From the IMG/VR virus record IMGVR_UViG_3300031993_000007: a stretch of DNA of 64,000 nt. The stretch is one strand, 5' to 3'. The notes under the pieces are model-generated. The model saw only the letters and a list, made by a program, of their open reading frames with translations. It was not told the DNA's origin and did not search any database. Below are positions 46,143 through 56,285 of this stretch, piece by piece. Origin of the DNA: a virus. Taxonomy: Duplodnaviria; Caudoviricetes. Both the position numbers and the translations under genes were made by a program. Every line of letters starts with the position of its first letter. The first letter of the stretch is position 1.

Positions 46143-48023
46143 TTATAGCCTGTTTAGTGAAAAGATTTTTCTGGCCTTGTTGTTGGATTCCTTGATAAGA
46201 TCATCAAGCGTTCTGACACGTTCGGTAACGACCGTAGGACGGACATAAGCATTTTCTCCGCCACGTTCTTGATGAGCATATCTCTTACGCCTAAATAGAT
46301 TTATAGACGCAAAGGTCATAGCGTATCTTCCAATCAGGTAAGAGAAGATATCGTCGTCATGCTCGCCTTGAGTATGTTCAACCTTTCCATTTTTCTTGCG
46401 CTCAAGAGTTTTGAGTTGTTTATGGATCCAACGGCTACGAAGCTTAGACGGCTCCTCGGCCACATACAAAAATAAGTTCGAAATCATAGAATCTCGAGAG
46501 CTTACATTGGTAGAGACACCGTATTCACGCTTTTCCTTCGGGCCTTTTATCAGCGAGCCGTCAGGTTTATTATCACGAACCACCGTATAGAATACCTTGG
46601 GCTTAGTGATAGGATTCTCCAGTAGTGTGGTGATCACATCAAGACCATAGGAGTTTCGTTCTACAACTATCGTGGAGTTGGGGAAGATTCGTTCAGAAAC
46701 CTTTCCAACTATCCTAGCAAAAGGCAATGGCACAATTCTGTTGGATCTAAAGTATCCGATTGTATGACCGTCAAAGGCATCCAACACGGTCATAGTGCTA
46801 AAGTCATCTCCAGATCCAGCGCCAACGTCACAAGACAGTATCACCGGAGCATAGAAATCCACCGTCTCTAGGAGAGTCAGCTTATGATTGCCAGTGTCAA
46901 AGATAGGCATGAACATCTCTTGCTCTTCTTTGACAATGTATCTATCAACAGTTTCTAGCTCTTCTTCAGTGAACGGGCTCTTGTCAGAAGATAAAGTCCA
47001 TTCCAAGTCAATTTCACGTTTGATCTTTAGACGATCGTTGTTCAATTCACGACACTGCTTACGATACCACTTCTGGTCTCGACCTAGCTGTTGCCAAGTG
47101 AATTCAATATGCACAAAGTCGTTTTCGCTATTCTTATCTACATAGTCAGCAAGTTCGCTAACTGGAAGATCATAGAAGATCTTTTCATCAAAGTCTACAG
47201 CTCCATTAATAATGGTAGTCTTGCAGTACTGTCCAGCCGGAAGGTCAATACTATTCGGAGTGGTGGTGATGCACTTCCAGTGAGGGCTAGCATTCTTCGC
47301 AGCAGCTTCAGAAGCGGCAGACAGAGCCGGAGCAGCCGCAGCGTACATGACCCAGTTATAATCCAAGAACGCAAATTCGTCGCACCACAAGATAGGAATC
47401 GTAAGACCACGACCAAGCTTGTCAGCATCTTCTTCAGAATTGGCGCTAGGAATGACGTTGATAGCGTTATTAAGATGCTCTTTACGAGTGAAGTTCTGGA
47501 AGTTTTCGTGGTCTTTCTTCGGGTGCTTCTGTTCTATCAGCCAAGGAGGGAGCAGACGAATGATATCTTCAAAGCGCTGTAAGTTCTTTTCAGCGTCAGA
47601 GAGCTTCTTATTGGCATAGACGATATCAGAGTTTTTAGTACCAAAAAAGAAAGTCCAAGCCATCACGAAGTTAACACCTACGGTCTTACCATTCTGACGA
47701 GGGAGAAGTTCTACCACAGATAAGTTATTCAGCAAGCAATAGGTAAGGGCTAGATTTCCACGATGAAGTTCGTATTGGATAGTGCCACCCGGAACGTTAA
47801 GCCGAGCTACTTCCCGAAGGAAGTACCAAGGATTAATTTTGCATTCACGAATAATTCTGGCTCTCAAATTCGGATCCGTAACGTGATATGGATCTACATT
47901 CTCTAAGAGCTGGTCGTACAGGACTAGAAAGAACTTGTTGTTCCGTATTCCTTGATCTTTAAGAAATTTGTGCATACGAAGAAAGCTTTTATTCTTCGTG
48001 AGCTGATAATGGACTTCAGGCAT
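46143..48023 (-). CDS. terL: Terminase large subunit
   Basis: Walker A PRQNGKT, Walker B WCDEFAF, TTP, nuclease CDVGAG..DFS, VERN and HDD. Confidence 0.93.
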   Translation of the reverse strand: MPEVHYQLTKNKSFLRMHKFLKDQGIRNNKFFLVLYDQLLENVDPYHVTDPNLRARIIRECKINPWYFLREVARLNVPGGTIQYELHRGNLALTYCLLNNLSVVELLPRQNGKTVGVNFVMAWTFFFGTKNSDIVYANKKLSDAEKNLQRFEDIIRLLPPWLIEQKHPKKDHENFQNFTRKEHLNNAINVIPSANSEEDADKLGRGLTIPILWCDEFAFLDYNWVMYAAAAPALSAASEAAAKNASPHWKCITTTPNSIDLPAGQYCKTTIINGAVDFDEKIFYDLPVSELADYVDKNSENDFVHIEFTWQQLGRDQKWYRKQCRELNNDRLKIKREIDLEWTLSSDKSPFTEEELETVDRYIVKEEQEMFMPIFDTGNHKLTLLETVDFYAPVILSCDVGAGSGDDFSTMTVLDAFDGHTIGYFRSNRIVPLPFARIVGKVSERIFPNSTIVVERNSYGLDVITTLLENPITKPKVFYTVVRDNKPDGSLIKGPKEKREYGVSTNVSSRDSMISNLFLYVAEEPSKLRSRWIHKQLKTLERKKNGKVEHTQGEHDDDIFSYLIGRYAMTFASINLFRRKRYAHQERGGENAYVRPTVVTERVRTLDDLIKESNNKARKIFSLNRL

Positions 48024-48111
48024 GGCAGGTGGTTCCTAGGTTATTCATTTCTAAGTTGAAACAAGATAAAGGGCATAACCTTGATGGTTATGCTCTTTAA
48101 TCTTTTGGCAA

Positions 48112-49968
48112 TTAGCCGATGTGCGTGTCGGTCGGGAGGTACGGGGACTGACCAGCGTAGGACATTTCTGCCGCGCTGTTGTTAGTGATCGTAACCTTAC
48201 CGTAGCCAGGAAGCACTTCCTGGAACGTGTAACGACGATGGCACATGATGGTCGGCACACGACCGTTGTTGGGGCTGTTGTAGCCAGAACCCGGCTGTTC
48301 CACCGTGAAGGAGTACGGGTAGAACTTCATGGTCATCTGGTCTTCGTTCGTCGGGATGAACACCATACGGATGAAGCCCTGCGGAACGTTCGGAGAAGCC
48401 ACCATGTTGTAGCTGTAGATGCCTTGGAAGGAACCGTAGCTATAGTTGGAGGTCACACCAGAATGTTCCTTGCCGGAACCAGAGTTGAACACCCAGTCAA
48501 CCTGCGGGAAGAGGTGAGCGTCAAGCGGGTTGCAGATGAGGCTGAAGTAGCCCTGTTCGTAATGGAATTTGTTGATGATTCGGGCGCTCAGGTGATCGAT
48601 GAGCGACGGAAGCACCTTCTTCCATTCAACGGGGTTCATGTTGTAGGAACCAACCGGCTTCGCAGAGAAGGCAGTCGTGAACTGACCCGGATTCTGTTCG
48701 ATGAAGTCGTTGATGTTGGTATCGATGAAGGCGATGGCGTCGAGGTCAACCTTCTGAGCCACAAAGTTCGACATGACTTCGAGAAGACGAGTAACGCCCT
48801 GGAAGTTGAACATGCGGAGAAGGTCAGTGATGTACTCGTTCGGCACCGGAGCTTCGAGGTGTTCGCCGTCGCCGATATCGACTTCCTTGTCACGGATGTC
48901 GAAGCCAACCTGAATATTGGCATTGTTCATCCTGCTTGCCACGAAGGCACGGATCATCACGAAGTCGAGCTTACCAGCCACGCAAGTACCGGAGAAACGA
49001 CCAGTCTTGGTGTCAACGTCGCCGTAGAAGTTGTCCTGAATGGTGACCTTAGCCACGTCGCCAGCCGCACCGTCAACGCAATCAGCGTCAACTTCGAGAG
49101 AAATAGCGATCGTACCCTTGAAAGCCATCACACGAGAGGCAACCTGGATCTTGATGTTCTTGATGAGGTCGTCAGCAGTCACGGTTTCACCATTGACAGT
49201 GAGAGCCTTGGTGAGAGCCACAGCCTGACCATCAACGACAACAATGTCGCCAACAGCCGGAACCTTGAAGCCAGCCTGAACGATAGAGAAGTTGACATCA
49301 ACTTCGTCGTTGCCCATAATGGCCTTTTCTTTGAGAGCGAGAATGGCATCATACTTCGGAGAAGAACCCTTCTTGTAGTTCGTGGTGTTGGTATCGTTAC
49401 CAGCCATGTCCACGTCCTTACCAGTGAAGAGGTTCATGGAGAAGCAGTTGTTGGTGAACTGGAACTTCACGTCTTCAGCGAGCTTCACCTTGGAAACAGC
49501 GTCACCCACGTCAGCGAGGTCTTCCGGAGCGTAGTGCTTGATGCCGTCCAGCGGATTCATGATCCACGGATGCCAGTAGTTGATCGCGAACTTCGGCTTT
49601 TCAACAGCTTCGGTCGGGATGGCCTTGGGCATGCACAGACGAGCCCAGCTCTTACGGAGCATCGGGGTCGAGAGGAAGGACATCGGAGCAACAGTGCCGA
49701 TAGCACCACCTTCGTTGGCGAGAGCATCGAGACGGTTGTTCTTAGCCATCTGCGTGAAGGCTGCCTGTTCATCGGAGCTCAGCTGAGCAGCGAGAAGTTC
49801 AGTATAGCGGTTATGAAGATTTTCGTCGTTCAACACTTCCTCGAAGTCCTTAGCACTAAAGACGTTGAGGTCGGTCGTCTTGAATTCTTCAGCGCATTCT
49901 TTAAGAATGCCAGCAAAAGAGTCATTGCAACCCTTCGTCTGGGCACTTTGAATGTACGAGATAGACAT
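48112..49968 (-). CDS. Major capsid protein precursor
   Basis: 618 aa with the strongest codon bias in the window; next to terminase; HK97-like C-terminal pattern; putative ANE|G maturation site. Confidence 0.8.
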   Translation of the reverse strand: MSISYIQSAQTKGCNDSFAGILKECAEEFKTTDLNVFSAKDFEEVLNDENLHNRYTELLAAQLSSDEQAAFTQMAKNNRLDALANEGGAIGTVAPMSFLSTPMLRKSWARLCMPKAIPTEAVEKPKFAINYWHPWIMNPLDGIKHYAPEDLADVGDAVSKVKLAEDVKFQFTNNCFSMNLFTGKDVDMAGNDTNTTNYKKGSSPKYDAILALKEKAIMGNDEVDVNFSIVQAGFKVPAVGDIVVVDGQAVALTKALTVNGETVTADDLIKNIKIQVASRVMAFKGTIAISLEVDADCVDGAAGDVAKVTIQDNFYGDVDTKTGRFSGTCVAGKLDFVMIRAFVASRMNNANIQVGFDIRDKEVDIGDGEHLEAPVPNEYITDLLRMFNFQGVTRLLEVMSNFVAQKVDLDAIAFIDTNINDFIEQNPGQFTTAFSAKPVGSYNMNPVEWKKVLPSLIDHLSARIINKFHYEQGYFSLICNPLDAHLFPQVDWVFNSGSGKEHSGVTSNYSYGSFQGIYSYNMVASPNVPQGFIRMVFIPTNEDQMTMKFYPYSFTVEQPGSGYNSPNNGRVPTIMCHRRYTFQEVLPGYGKVTITNNSAAEMSYAGQSPYLPTDTHIG

Positions 49969-50059
49969 TGTAGTTACCTTAATTAAGGAGGTTTGTGTTT
50001 ATCTGTCCAAGGACAGACTTTAGGAAATTTGAACCGTGCGCACGATGCTTGGTTCTTTC

Positions 50060-50071
50060 TAATCTAATGTT
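50060..50071 (-). promoter_or_regulatory. Late-type promoter motif AACW-N6-TR upstream of major capsid (representative copy)
   Basis: AACA-TTAGAT-TA; 15 further oriented intergenic copies are listed in the findings. Confidence 0.75.
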
Positions 50072-50174
50072 ATCCGTAAACTGGAAAAAATAACCGCTTT
50101 CGCAAAAAATCTGAATTTTAGCCATAAAAATCCACGATACGAACAAATCGTATCGTGGCTAAGCAAAATATAAG

Positions 50175-50942
50175 TTAAGCTTCTGCGTTCTCTTTTCGGA
50201 TTTTTCTGATGGTCTCCGTCATGAGGGATACCTTCTTTTCAAGAACCTTATAGATTTCAGTAGCCTTTTCCATGTCAATAGTCTTGAAGTCAAGACTGAT
50301 GGCATACTCTAACTGACCCTTGGTCACCAGCAAATCCTTCTGAATTCGGAGCAGTTTGATTCGGCTGTCGGTTGTTACCACCTGACCGATGGCTCCAGAT
50401 ACAGCGTCATACAAAACCTGAACGGTATCTTCAAGCTTACGGTGCTTCCTGAATAGATTAATTCGCTCATTGATATCTTGTATTTTCTTGTCGGCATCAG
50501 ATCCTGCATCTTGATTTGGATCTTGAGGAGGTTGCTGGGCATTCGGATCTTGAGCAACGTTAGGATCTTGTCCGCTCTGATCAGGATTTTCCAGATTCTC
50601 GCCAGAACCATTATCCTCTCCGCCCTGAGGTTGTCCGCCAGTGTCCTGATTGTCATCAGGGTTTTCTAGGGACTCTCCGGTGCCATTATCATCTTCACCC
50701 TGCTGATTGCCTTCGCCAGGATTTTCCAAGGATTCTCCGGTATCATTTTCATTGCCGCCTTGAGCTGCTCCGGCATCTTCGCCAGCATTACCACCGCCTT
50801 CATCAGGATTCTCTAGGGATTCTCCTGTGTCATCATCGTCGGCTTTAAAGATAGACACAAACATTTCTTCGTCTTTATCAGAGAAGACTTTTTGTTGTTT
50901 GATAGGCTCTTCAGCTTGTTTGAGAATTTTATCGAAGTACAT
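50175..50942 (-). CDS. Putative scaffold/prohead core protein
   Basis: Upstream of MCP; acidic repeats (D/N)xGE(S/N)LENP x4 followed by a helical C-terminus. Confidence 0.5.
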   Translation of the reverse strand: MYFDKILKQAEEPIKQQKVFSDKDEEMFVSIFKADDDDTGESLENPDEGGGNAGEDAGAAQGGNENDTGESLENPGEGNQQGEDDNGTGESLENPDDNQDTGGQPQGGEDNGSGENLENPDQSGQDPNVAQDPNAQQPPQDPNQDAGSDADKKIQDINERINLFRKHRKLEDTVQVLYDAVSGAIGQVVTTDSRIKLLRIQKDLLVTKGQLEYAISLDFKTIDMEKATEIYKVLEKKVSLMTETIRKIRKENAEA

Positions 50943-51042
50943 AATTTATCCTTGAAATTTTCATTATGGAGTTTCAACTAATCTGGCATAGCCAACAAGA
51001 GGCTATGCCAGATTATCTATTTGAGGAGAAACACTCTATAGA

Positions 51043-51363
51043 TTACTTCTTCTTGGTAAGGGCTTCACGAAGAGCCTTACCGCCACGGAAGCACACAACA
51101 CGAGTAGCCGGAATGGGTACCTTTTCACCAGTACGGGGATTCTGGCCCTGACGAGCTGCACGTTCAGAGACACGGAAGGTGCCGAGGCCGTCAATACGAA
51201 CCTGACCTTTTTCCTGAAGCATTTCAACGATGCAGTCCTTCACGGAAGCAACGATGACCTTCGCATCTTTCTTGGTGGCGGAGACAGCCTTGGACACACG
51301 ATCAACGAGATCCAAGCTGGAGAAGTAAGCCTTGTCTGTAGTCTTTTTCTTGTTATTAGACAT
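51043..51363 (-). CDS. hup: HU/IHF-family DNA-binding protein
   Basis: GLGTF..RAARQGQNPRTGEKVPIPA...F..GK.L signature. Confidence 0.93.
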   Translation of the reverse strand: MSNNKKKTTDKAYFSSLDLVDRVSKAVSATKKDAKVIVASVKDCIVEMLQEKGQVRIDGLGTFRVSERAARQGQNPRTGEKVPIPATRVVCFRGGKALREALTKKK

Positions 51364-51454
51364 GGTGGGATCCTTTTGGTTATGGGCCGAAGCCCGGTTT
51401 CATTATAAAGTTAGGTGAGAACTAGCTAAAATACACCAAAATTGAAATCTGGTT

Positions 51455-51461
51455 TATATTA
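51455..51461 (+). promoter_or_regulatory. Early-type promoter motif TATATTA (representative copy)
   Basis: Gene-oriented intergenic copies also at 1452(-), 14222(-), 18366(+), 21617(-, TATATTT), 23118(-), 27240(+), 27665(+), 31269(-), 38333(-) and 61522(-). Confidence 0.75.
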
Positions 51462-51544
51462 AGCATTGAACAGGAAATTTAAAAGTTTCTGTTGTCCTGT
51501 CTTGGACAACTAGAAATTACTAATTTTCGCAACCCAGAGGTAAA

Positions 51545-53053
51545 ATGGAAACAGCAACAGAAGAAGTAGCTGATCAGCTATTAGTTGAGCAGTGGTATGA
51601 AAGATATCAAGGAGCGAATCCGGAAAAATTCAATGAAGCCTTCATTTACAATAAAGGTAGTTCAGAGAATATGAAGGATATCATCGCTCACGTCTCCAAA
51701 GCAATGGAAAGTACTGGACACGTTAAGTATCTGGACTGCACCATTGAAGAAGATGAAAGCAAATTCTCCGATATTCATAAGATCGAAGAGTCTCGTCTGT
51801 ACGAGGCTACGATCCGCTTCAAGATATTCTGTGTCGAAGACGGCAAAAATTATCAAGAAGAGGAGGTGTCAATTAAATTGTTATTGCCGAGAGTAATTAA
51901 CAATTTCTTCTTCAAGATCAACGGTATTATGTACTATGCAATCTACCAAATGATTGATCGAGGTACCTATGCTGTTGGCAATAATACGATTGGCTTGAAA
52001 ACCATGCTTATGCCATTCGTGATTCGCCGGAAGGAAGAAATTTTCAGAGACACTGAAGGCACAGAGTATCGAAATAGAGTTATGGAACTCGACGTGTTCC
52101 GTAGGTCTGTGAACATCATGCTGTATTACATCAGCGACGGTGGATGGGACCAGACTATGAGGTTCTTTGGAGCTGACCAGTTCGTGAGTGTTATAGACCA
52201 AAAACCTACCGAAGAAGATTTAGAACAGTTTGCGTATTTTGAAGTTGGAAAGAAATTCTGGTTCAAGGCTAGTAGAGAATTTTTGGCTACTGACAAGTGG
52301 CTATCTGGGTGTTTAATCTCTCTCCTCTCTAAAGCTAGATTTGAAAGCCTTGACGATCTTTCTAAACCTGAGTTCTGGAACTTCCAGCTTGGTAAGATCT
52401 ACACGACTACCAAAGAGCAAGCCATCAATAAGGCAGACAAGATTCATACTTCAGTTCGAAGAATCTTGGATGGATGCACCAGTGATAATATGGTTCACGT
52501 TCTGCCGAAAGATAAGAAAAGCATTTATCATCTCTTCAGGTGGATCTTGTGGTTCTATGACGATCTGATTCGTGAAGATAACATGGACATCAAGAACAAG
52601 AGACTCCGTCTGAACGAGTATGTGCTGTATCCGTTTATCAAGAAACTCAGCACAGAAACGTATCGTTGCTTGAATACTCGAAAAATTACGATGAAGATTC
52701 TCAGGAGTATGTTCAGCAACATCAAACCCAATATCTGCTTAAAGCAGCTTGTCACTAATGAACTTCTGCGTTTCGCAAACGGCGTAAACGGAATTGAGCT
52801 CTTTAGTGCTGCTATGAAGATCACCCAAGCTGGCCCTCAAGGCTTGACCAATCGAGACAATGTGCCGATGAGATATCGTGGCATTCACGACTCGTATGTA
52901 GGTGTCCTTGACTTGGCATTCAGTTCTGCTGATGACCCAGGTATTACCGCTAGCTTGGTTCCATTTGTAAAAACCGACGGGTTGTTCTTTGATCGCACTG
53001 TAAAGTATGTGACTCCAGAACTTCCTGAAGTGTTCATCCCAATCGGAAAGTGA
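51545..53053 (+). CDS. RNA polymerase beta subunit, N-terminal part (probably non-virion RNAP)
   Basis: LP....FKING..Y...Q, D...NKRLR, GPQGL and RGIHDSYVG..D....DPG correspond to beta regions A-D. Confidence 0.85.
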   Translation: METATEEVADQLLVEQWYERYQGANPEKFNEAFIYNKGSSENMKDIIAHVSKAMESTGHVKYLDCTIEEDESKFSDIHKIEESRLYEATIRFKIFCVEDGKNYQEEEVSIKLLLPRVINNFFFKINGIMYYAIYQMIDRGTYAVGNNTIGLKTMLMPFVIRRKEEIFRDTEGTEYRNRVMELDVFRRSVNIMLYYISDGGWDQTMRFFGADQFVSVIDQKPTEEDLEQFAYFEVGKKFWFKASREFLATDKWLSGCLISLLSKARFESLDDLSKPEFWNFQLGKIYTTTKEQAINKADKIHTSVRRILDGCTSDNMVHVLPKDKKSIYHLFRWILWFYDDLIREDNMDIKNKRLRLNEYVLYPFIKKLSTETYRCLNTRKITMKILRSMFSNIKPNICLKQLVTNELLRFANGVNGIELFSAAMKITQAGPQGLTNRDNVPMRYRGIHDSYVGVLDLAFSSADDPGITASLVPFVKTDGLFFDRTVKYVTPELPEVFIPIGK

Positions 53054-53059
53054 AGAAAT

Positions 53060-53097
53060 CCGGATTCCCTAAAAGGAATCCGGTTCTTTTATTTTTT
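53060..53097 (+). terminator. Intrinsic terminator
   Basis: CCGGATTCC...GGAATCCGG followed by a T-rich tract. Confidence 0.75.
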
Positions 53098-53361
53098 GTC
53101 CGCTTCGGCTAATTCTATAGCCTTTAGCATAGCGGCTCTGCAACGTTGACAACGGGTTTGTTCCTTACGTTCTTGGTCGGAACCTCCCATTCCAAATCTG
53201 GAACAATTCCAGCATTTGTCTATAATCTTTGCAGTATCACGGTTATACCTAGCAGCATTTTCATAATGCTTGGCGGATTCGTTGTAGCTACTTCCGTGAG
53301 TTACACCTGCGTATATGGGATTTAGTGGCCTTGCTAGGGCTTCAGCATCTGATGGACTCAT
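53089..53361 (-). CDS. Small protein with CxxC...CxxC
   Basis: CWNC and CQRC. Confidence 0.55.
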   Translation of the reverse strand: MSPSDAEALARPLNPIYAGVTHGSSYNESAKHYENAARYNRDTAKIIDKCWNCSRFGMGGSDQERKEQTRCQRCRAAMLKAIELAEADKK

Positions 53362-54415
53362 GAGACAACCGTGTGTTTAATTTTGTGGCGGCTATGGATA
53401 CAGCCAACACGGTTGTGTCCATCTTAAAGACAGGTTTGAATTCAATGAATCCTTCAGAGTTTACCTTCGGATCCATCACTAGCTGCGACTCTTGGTCACT
53501 AATCCTGACAAGATACACGTCATGATTCAACAAGTTAATCATCGCCTTGAAGAACTCTTCGGAACATAGATCTTTGATCATTTCACAACGAGATTTCAAA
53601 GTCGTAATGAACGGCATGTCATTCAGAGTAGTCTTCGTTGGATCCACAAGGTCTCCTTGTAGGCGAAGGTTGCTCCCGTTATCTCTCCAGATCTGATTGA
53701 TCTTGTTAATAACAGCAGAGTATTCGCACGAAAGGTTATCTGCGGTAATGGCTGCTCCGTTAAGCTTCTTCTTGAACATGTTGCTCTTGTAGTAAGCTGT
53801 AAAGTACCTATCCTCATCTAGGAGTTTGTACCTAATTCCCAATCCGATAGACTGCACTTCACCTTCGTAAAACGGTTCGTTTTTCTCATTCAACGGAACA
53901 AGCTCGATATTCACGAGCACATCATTGCCAAACCTCTCGTACAGATTGTTTATCTTCTGGCAAGCATGAGCAATCTCTTTTGTGGCTTTTGCACTTAGAG
54001 CTAATTCAGTACGCTCAAGACCCGAAAGGCTTGTAGAACGCCCGTCTCCGGCAGGTTTATAAAACTCTACGGCAATAACCAGATTGTAAGAGTTGTCTAG
54101 CTTTATCCTAAGGGAATGAGCTGCACATCCCCGACAGTTCAAGAAATTTCGTTGAAACCGCTTTTCGCCTTCAAAAATATGATGATACGCACTTAATTCA
54201 TGAAAGGCCTCAAAGATGTAATGGAATTTGTTCGTTGGTTCTTTGGACTTTTCGAACAGATAGAATATCTGTTCATCTACAGATTTGCCTCTGAGTTTTT
54301 CAAGGCATTTCTTAGGATCGTACGGATCTTCTTCAGGTTTGGTTTCAACTCCATAAACCAGAAGTGCAAACCATTTAGCAATGGTCTTGATTGTAGTGCT
54401 GAGAAATTTTTTCAT
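53342..54415 (-). CDS. Hypothetical protein
   Basis: 357 aa ORF with AAGGA RBS. Confidence 0.75.
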   Translation of the reverse strand: MKKFLSTTIKTIAKWFALLVYGVETKPEEDPYDPKKCLEKLRGKSVDEQIFYLFEKSKEPTNKFHYIFEAFHELSAYHHIFEGEKRFQRNFLNCRGCAAHSLRIKLDNSYNLVIAVEFYKPAGDGRSTSLSGLERTELALSAKATKEIAHACQKINNLYERFGNDVLVNIELVPLNEKNEPFYEGEVQSIGLGIRYKLLDEDRYFTAYYKSNMFKKKLNGAAITADNLSCEYSAVINKINQIWRDNGSNLRLQGDLVDPTKTTLNDMPFITTLKSRCEMIKDLCSEEFFKAMINLLNHDVYLVRISDQESQLVMDPKVNSEGFIEFKPVFKMDTTVLAVSIAATKLNTRLSHESIRC

Positions 54416-54544
54416 GGTGGGTTTCCTTGTGGGTTATCCGTAAAAGACGGACTTTTGCAATAGATCGTTACGAAAGTCTGAATATTGCACAGTAGAGTTC
54501 GGCGACGAAAAGTGTACACTTCCTAGGTGATTCCTAGCTTTCGG

Positions 54545-54720
54545 TTCTACCCTTTCTCCCTCTCTTCTCTTCTCTCCCCTTAAACCCCTCTTATTACTAC
54601 ACTTACTCATACCCCTCTCCGGCGGACGTTCCGTCCGCCAACCATGATAGTAGGAAAAAAAAGAAAAATATATTCTTTTTTCTTAAATTTAATTTTAATT
54701 TTATAGTATATAGTGTTGAT
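54545..54720. other. Candidate replication origin / strand-asymmetric non-coding element
   Basis: 76-nt G-free tract, GC hairpin 54621-54639, then an almost pure A/T block. Confidence 0.35.
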
Positions 54721-54753
54721 TTAAACACTTCATTGAAATTTATTAGAGGATTT

Positions 54754-55932
54754 ATGCCAAGTCAATGTTTTATAGAATTGGAACCTTATATCGTAAAAGG
54801 TTTAAATGACAAAGACAATCAGAAATTGTTAGAAGCTCATGTCAAAAAGTATCTAGGAGATAACGCTCCTATATTGGCTAAAGCTGATCTTCATGAATGT
54901 CCAGGATTTAGTAGAGAAGCAGACCAAGGCATTATGTTTGAATGTATGGGAACTTCCAGAGCTCAATTTGCAGATGTTCTAAAGAGAACTACCAACCGTG
55001 ATGTTAGAACTGGATGGAGAATGTTCCAGAATGAAATGTATCTAGCTTGTACTATGGCAGTACGTTTCTTTATCAAGACTAACAACAAGAGGATGGCAGA
55101 ACTCATCAGCATCTTCTTTGGAGTATGGCTCTATTCTAGTTTGCATCGTAAGTACTGGGAATTCGGTAACAACGAAGCTGCAATGGCATATACCATCAAC
55201 AACTTGAGCAATAAATTTGACCTCAAAAAATTTGGAAGCGTTATAGCCGTTTTGAAAAAGATTTCTGATTCTAACTTAGCTAATGCTAAGTCTAGACTGC
55301 TCAGCAAGAGCGATGACGACATTTTTGTGTATGCTCGAGACTATCGCACAAGATGCAACAGCTTCATCAAGAACATCGCTAAAGAGTACTATGACAACCT
55401 TCAGAACGGTCGATACATGGTTGTAGACAAGACTACAAACCTTGACGAAGAGGGTGAAGAGTATGCCGTGGAACGTACATCTGACAGCGGAGCTATATTC
55501 TCAGCTTCTGAGAGCTTTGAAATCTGGTTCATGACTAACAGACTTAACGAGCGCTTGCTACGAACCATTTCTAGCCTTACCCCAGAAATTAGCCCTGCTA
55601 AGCTGGCTAATACTCTTAACAGCATCAAGGCTGATAACAATGGCCGGATCCGAAAGGTGCTGGCCGGAATGCTTGGATCCCTGATGGAAGTCCAGAAAGA
55701 TAATAGCCTTAGAGCTATCCACTCTAGGGAGTTTCCAATTTTCTGTGTTCGCATTCTCTCTAAGAGCAACAGTAAGAATGAACTAGTTATCGAAATGAAG
55801 AAGTCAGTAGACGGCCTTCTAAATGATTACTGTGAGACATTCCGAAAGACTAAGCGTGAAGCCTCCAAGATCAATTACCGTAAGGCTCTGGTTTTGTATT
55901 TCGCTATGGCTCTTCAGATTCAGCGCAAGTAG
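54754..55932 (+). CDS. Conserved-looking jumbo phage protein (late; possibly virion-associated)
   Basis: Start MPSQC after a GAGGA RBS with a late-type promoter; YSSLH.KY...YTINNLSNKF pattern recalled from AR9-like phages. Confidence 0.65.
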   Translation: MPSQCFIELEPYIVKGLNDKDNQKLLEAHVKKYLGDNAPILAKADLHECPGFSREADQGIMFECMGTSRAQFADVLKRTTNRDVRTGWRMFQNEMYLACTMAVRFFIKTNNKRMAELISIFFGVWLYSSLHRKYWEFGNNEAAMAYTINNLSNKFDLKKFGSVIAVLKKISDSNLANAKSRLLSKSDDDIFVYARDYRTRCNSFIKNIAKEYYDNLQNGRYMVVDKTTNLDEEGEEYAVERTSDSGAIFSASESFEIWFMTNRLNERLLRTISSLTPEISPAKLANTLNSIKADNNGRIRKVLAGMLGSLMEVQKDNSLRAIHSREFPIFCVRILSKSNSKNELVIEMKKSVDGLLNDYCETFRKTKREASKINYRKALVLYFAMALQIQRK

Positions 55933-55994
55933 TTCAATTTCAAGATCTTCTATGTGGCCAAACACTAATTTGAATTAGCTACTGCGAGAGACAC

Positions 55995-56285
55995 ATGAAA
56001 TTCATATTCAGCCCACCTGAGATTGAACACAAGCAAGATGCACCATTAGCAATTACAGAGGTTTTAAAGGAAGAGTCAAGTATGACAGCAGGCATACTTA
56101 GCAAGGTAGTCACTGGAATCTATCTCTTCCCTAACAAAGACCATACAGAGTGGAGATTCGTAAATCTCAAGAAAGGTCATATAAGCAACTGTAGTTTTCC
56201 ATCTAGAGCAGATGCTATAGAAGACCTTAAGAAGAACTACTCTGATCGAATTGAAATGGTAAGATTCAAGAACGTACTCGCATGA
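55995..56285 (+). CDS. Hypothetical protein
   Basis: 96 aa with a late-type motif upstream. Confidence 0.65.
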   Translation: MKFIFSPPEIEHKQDAPLAITEVLKEESSMTAGILSKVVTGIYLFPNKDHTEWRFVNLKKGHISNCSFPSRADAIEDLKKNYSDRIEMVRFKNVLA

